Shown: positions 36,578 through 40,637 of the stretch, one piece after another | Numbering within the stretch: position 1 is the stretch's first letter | Layout of the letters: each line of letters begins with the position of its first letter | Assembly: GCA_051941275.1 (NCBI GenBank) | Contig: JAVEBF010000045.1 | Location: 1 to 40,637, forward strand | Length of the DNA: 40,637 nucleotides | Source of the DNA: Dirinaria sp. TL-2023a | Lineage: Eukaryota | Direction of reading: 5' to 3' | The notes under the pieces: model-generated | Told to the model about the DNA's origin: nothing | Database searches by the model: none | The model's input: only the letters and a program-made list of their open reading frames with translations | Translations under genes and position numbers: made by a program

Positions 36578-36684
36578 GGTAGCACAGGTTTCGCATCCAA
36601 AGGCTAAGTCCGGACTACGTTTATCTACAGACCCATAAGTAGGCATGGATACAGTAGACACTTCAGAGAAAAGAGGCTTCGATT

Positions 36685-36707
36685 ACGCGCTTTCGCGTTT
36701 GACGCGT
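36685..36707. promoter_or_regulatory. Cluster of MCB/SCB-like CGCG boxes in the BUB2 / HhH-gene divergent promoter
   Basis: ACGCGC, TTTCGCG (CGCGAAA on the minus strand) and a perfect MluI box ACGCGT (36702-36707) within 23 bp. Confidence 0.55.
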
Positions 36708-36956
36708 CTGCATCTGGCACTAGAATTTAACGTTGCGGGAGATCGGCGGCATGATGACTTCATTGGCACTTCCATGTCCTCGTACATACTGTACCTGAAT
36801 GTGGTGGTTTAGACCCGAGATGTGGGGACGCCGTACACAGCGTTTTCATCCCAAGCTACATTAACATCAGGCATTTCTTAGTCGCGAATTTGCACGTCGC
36901 AGCATTGCATTCCCCTTTACAATTGTTAAATGATTCAATTTTTCTTGTAGGATACA

Positions 36957-37985
36957 ATGAGCGACAAATCCGCCGAAAAGAACCAGCAGAACGCTGAGGA
37001 TGCGCCAGTACAACCCAAGGGCGAAGACATTTCTGCCACTAGCAAAAATGCCAGCGACCAGAGAGACAGTCCGGAAAAGCAGTCTGGTACGATTCCGGCG
37101 AAACGCAAAGCCAAGAGTAAAGCGAAAGACGAACCGTCAAAGGCACCTCGACGTTCAGCCCGCGGTGCTCCGCAAACACCCATTGAGCCAGTGAAGATGG
37201 TTAATCTTCTACTTTCGTCTGACTCTATCGATCTTTGCCGACCGAAGGATGAGACTGAAGACCTTAAAAATCGAGGCAACATCAAGACTTACTCTATATC
37301 AGCATTCAGCCCTTTCGAGGAATTGGTATGCGCTGTGATTCTCAGTCGCCCAATCAGTCACGCTCTAGGGCTGCGATCCATCCGCACCATCTTTAATGAT
37401 CCGCATAACTTTACCACGCCGAAAGCCATTCTTAAAGCTGGAGCAGAAGGCCGGCGACAAGCCTTGGATGATGCGAAGACTCAACATAGACAGAAAACTG
37501 CTGAAGAGTTGGGCCTCCTTGCAGATCTGGCGAATGGTACTCTCGGCGATGGTGAAGACGATGTCAGTCTTGAGAAAGTGAGAATAGATGGTCAACATGA
37601 TCAGGAGAAAGTAAGCAAAGTCAACGGAGATCTCAGTCTCCATCTAACGAGCCCTCAGGAACGGGAAATTCTCAGAAAAAATGTCAAGGGTCTTGGGAAG
37701 ACAGGACTGGACATCTTTGGAAGAAGGATTCAAGGGATCTGGCCAGCATTTTACCCGTTCGTGGATCAAAGGACCGCAGCAGCTCTGGAGAAGCTTGGAT
37801 TGCCGGCCGATGCCGAAGACCTGGACAAGCTTTTGACGGAAAGATGGGAAGAGTTCGAGATTCGGGACATTGATGCCAAAGATGATGACGAGAAAAAGCG
37901 GAAGGCGTTCGTACGCGTCTTGGAACGCGCAATAGGCGCCGATCTAGAAGGAAATACTGACGCTTTCAAGACGAAGGCTGCTTAA
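36957..37985 (+). CDS. Uncharacterised HhH-GPD / endonuclease III-like protein; 48-nt intron at 37611-37658
   Basis: SPFEELVCAVILSRPIS...TTPKAI...KTAEEL; HhH-like VKGLGKTGLDIF; WPAFYPFVD...LGLP resembles the bacterial endonuclease-III-like family. Intron GTAAGC...CTAAC...CAG. Confidence 0.7.
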   Translation: MSDKSAEKNQQNAEDAPVQPKGEDISATSKNASDQRDSPEKQSGTIPAKRKAKSKAKDEPSKAPRRSARGAPQTPIEPVKMVNLLLSSDSIDLCRPKDETEDLKNRGNIKTYSISAFSPFEELVCAVILSRPISHALGLRSIRTIFNDPHNFTTPKAILKAGAEGRRQALDDAKTQHRQKTAEELGLLADLANGTLGDGEDDVSLEKVRIDGQHDQEKVSKVNGDLSLHLTSPQEREILRKNVKGLGKTGLDIFGRRIQGIWPAFYPFVDQRTAAALEKLGLPADAEDLDKLLTERWEEFEIRDIDAKDDDEKKRKAFVRVLERAIGADLEGNTDAFKTKAA

Positions 37986-38479
37986 ATGCGCTTTATTAGG
38001 TTTCAATATTTGTGATCATATACAGCATGTACCAAAAGAAAAGTTCTGCGTTATCGAAAATACCTTTTGTATCTTACTACAATATCCAGCGGCAAGAACG
38101 ATAAAGTCTGGACATTCCAAACCTCCCAAGACGTAGCTTTTCTTGGAACTGCTATTAGTTTAGGATATTTCCGATTACTAGAGACTTTCCTTTGGCGATG
38201 TTCCACACGATGGAACTTGAAAGGGAAATCAAGATACGAGAGTTTTACACTCCTCAAGTAGGTACCTTAGAGATAGACGCAAGTTCTGCAAGTGAGACCA
38301 GAGCAACCCTGAATAAACCCTGAGCTGGCTCTGAAGCCGCCCAGAGTACAGCTGCATGCGGATTCATGAATGCATCTGAAGCAGTACCTAAATGATTGAA
38401 AGACCAAACAGGCAATCTCGGGCGTACTCATTCAAGTTAGCAATGCGCGATAGAAAATTGTTACCATACCCATCTCGCA

Positions 38480-40122
38480 ATGGACAGTCAAGCCGTCACC
38501 AGAGTGTTTCGACAGCTCCTGTCCCACCGGACCTGTTCGAGGATTCGATTCTACCCTCCGCGACGCAACTTAGCTGTAAGTGATCGACAAGGTTATCAAA
38601 AGAAGTCTTCAGAGGAAGTGTATACCGACAATGGGCGGCAAGAGAGCCATTGGCAGCAGAGATCAGACTTTATGCCCCAGGACAAATCGAAAGAATTTAT
38701 GACGTATCCGATGGTCGATGCCGATGGGCTGAGAGTGCGCAAACAACCACCAAGGCGGGTAAAGATGTTGATGAGAGATTTTATTGAAGGTGCATAATGC
38801 GCACCCATTTTCCGTCTGTTCTGGACCACTGATGAAGCTTCCAGACAGTCTTTACAATCCCCACTATGGCTACTTCCCCCAACATGCAGTCATCTTCTCT
38901 CCGGGCGAACCATTCGACTTCTATAGCCTGCGCAGTGAACACGCGTTCCATACGTTTCTTGGACAGAGGTATACGGAATTTGAGGACAAATTGGATGAGG
39001 AGACTCCGAATGAGACACGGCAATTATGGCACACCCCGACGGAACTCTTCCGTCCTTACTATGGCGAGGCCATTGCTCGATATCTGGTGATGAATTACCA
39101 GTTATCACACCATCCGTATCATGACCTGATCATCTATGAATTGGGAGCGGGCAATGGTACACTGATGCTGAATATATTGGACTATATTCAAGATTTCCAT
39201 CCCGATGTCTACGAACGCACCAAGTTTAACATCATCGAGATATCTTCTGCCTTGGCCACACTTCAGACCGCACAGCTGGCTCGGACAGCGTCCTCTCGAG
39301 GTCACAGTGACCATGTTGAGATTATCAACCGCTCGATCTTCAACTGGGACTCTCGTGTGACAGCTCCGTGTTATTTCCTGTCCCTGGAAGTCTTCGACAA
39401 TTTCGCTCACGACTGCATCCGATACGATCCTATCACCGAACAGCCCCTTCAAGGATCTGTCCTAATCGACGATGTTGGCGATTTCTACGAGTTCTACACT
39501 CGGGAAATCGATCCTGTAGCAGACCGCTTTCTCAGACTACGACATGCCGCCTGCACGCGTCCGTTCAATCACCCACTTCGATCTTCTCGTTTCGTCCGCA
39601 GTATTAAAGCTCGCTTGCCTTTTGCCGCTAATTTGACGGTCCCGGAGTTTATACCAACAAGGTTGATGGAGTTCTTCGACATACTCCGGGAATACTTCCC
39701 TCTCCATCAATTGCTAGCCAGCGACTTCAGCGCTCTACCAGGTGCAATCAAGGGCATCAATGCTCCCGTAGTCCAGACACGATATCAACGGCGGACGGTG
39801 CCAGTTCGCACGCCCTTGGTAAGCCACTCCATGCCGTCCTTGAAACCGCAGCACATGGCCCAACCCGACCGTCTTCACATATTTTGAACTCCTCTGCTAA
39901 CGCGGTCTTTAGGTTCACCAAGGCTATTTCGACATCCTGTTCCCGACAGACTTCTCGGTGATGGAAGACATCTACCGAGCAACGACGGGCCGGCTAACCC
40001 GAGTTTCCAGCCAGAGCGACTTCCTACGCCGCTGGGCCGATGTGGAAATGACGGAGACCCGCAACGGTGAAAATCCAATGCTGAGCTGGTATCGGAATGC
40101 AATCGTGCTGGCGACAGTGTGA
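38480..40122 (+). CDS. NDUFAF7: Mitochondrial SAM-dependent protein arginine methyltransferase, NDUFAF7/MidA (DUF185) family; 3 exons
   Basis: Arg-rich presequence; MLMRDFIE|DSLYNPHYGYF, LWHTPTELFRPYYG, IIYELGAGNGTL (SAM motif I), LEVFDNF, APVVQTR, GYFDILFPTDF, GENPMLSWYRNA. Confidence 0.92.
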
Positions 40123-40229
40123 GTCCTATGATCGTTTTGTACATAGAGTACATCTTTGTATATACTGTACCTAGGACCATAACTTTCTTTCTCAAGAGTA
40201 CAGTCACACATATAAGGGTTTAATCAAGC

Positions 40230-40554
40230 CTAACCCGATCAAGGTTTTGAAAAGTGATCTGTTCAGTATCGGCCGGTAATCGGACAGAACTCGGCCAGAG
40301 AAGCATGAGATCTTGACCGAACAGAAACCCTTCTTCACGCTTCACTGTACTACCCTAGATCTATGAGGACTAGCAAAACTCTAATCCCAATCTAGGTTTC
40401 AGAAAGAAATCTGTTCAATGCCTGCCGCAGCGGTCCGACAGCATGCTGAAAAGTCTAACCCGATAGAGGTTTCTTAAAGAAATCTGTTCAGTGTCCCGCG
40501 TTACGGGACGTGACATGAATCACCCCAGGAATACCTTATGCAAAAGAAATCTGC
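40230..40554. repeat. Degenerate ~41-bp dispersed direct repeats (3 full copies and 1 partial)
   Basis: ctaacccgatcaaggttttgaaaagtgatctgttcagtatc (40230); ctaatcccaatctaggtttcagaaagaaatctgttcaatgc (40381); ctaacccgatagaggtttcttaaagaaatctgttcagtgtc (40455); aaaagaaatctg (40542). Confidence 0.7.
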
Positions 40555-40637
40555 ATACTGCTGCCTCCCATGAATAATCCCCAAGCCTTTAAAAAGCAAA
40601 CCATCCTTTATTGCAGAACAGCAAACCTGAGAGACGA

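Noticed and set aside
40230..40554. CRISPR-like repeat-spacer appearance
   Set aside because: Eukaryotic context, divergent repeats, irregular spacing, and no cas genes.

Overview
Gene-dense genomic DNA of a filamentous ascomycete (Pezizomycotina), judged from short GT-AG introns with CTRAC/CTAAY branch points, an intron-containing tRNA and fungal-type proteins. Genes in order: secreted tyrosinase (-), penta-EF-hand peflin/Pef1 (+), DHA2-type MFS transporter (-), MEF2-type MADS-box factor RlmA (-), DUF3140 protein (-), Msb1/Mug8-like protein (+), tRNA-Lys(CTT) (-), secreted Thr-rich repeat protein with a Cys-rich PAN/apple-like C-terminus (-), RecJ-like DHH/DHHA1 phosphoesterase (-), NACHT NLR-like protein (+), decayed Cys-rich gene (-), 8-Cys small secreted protein (+), IQM-like IQ-motif protein (+), Bub2/Cdc16 GAP (-), HhH-GPD/endonuclease III-like protein (+), and NDUFAF7/MidA methyltransferase (+). 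Three observations stand out. (1) An ~8.5 kb block carrying the NLR and Cys-rich genes is bracketed by a ~55-60 bp imperfect direct repeat (24704-24758 and 33175-33235). (2) The DHH protein has intact catalytic motifs, a C-terminal PIP-box-like motif, and two in-frame AUGs suggesting mitochondrial and nuclear isoforms. (3) An uncharacterised bacterial-type HhH protein shares an MCB/SCB-containing divergent promoter with BUB2. All family assignments come from motif recognition by eye; no database searches were run.
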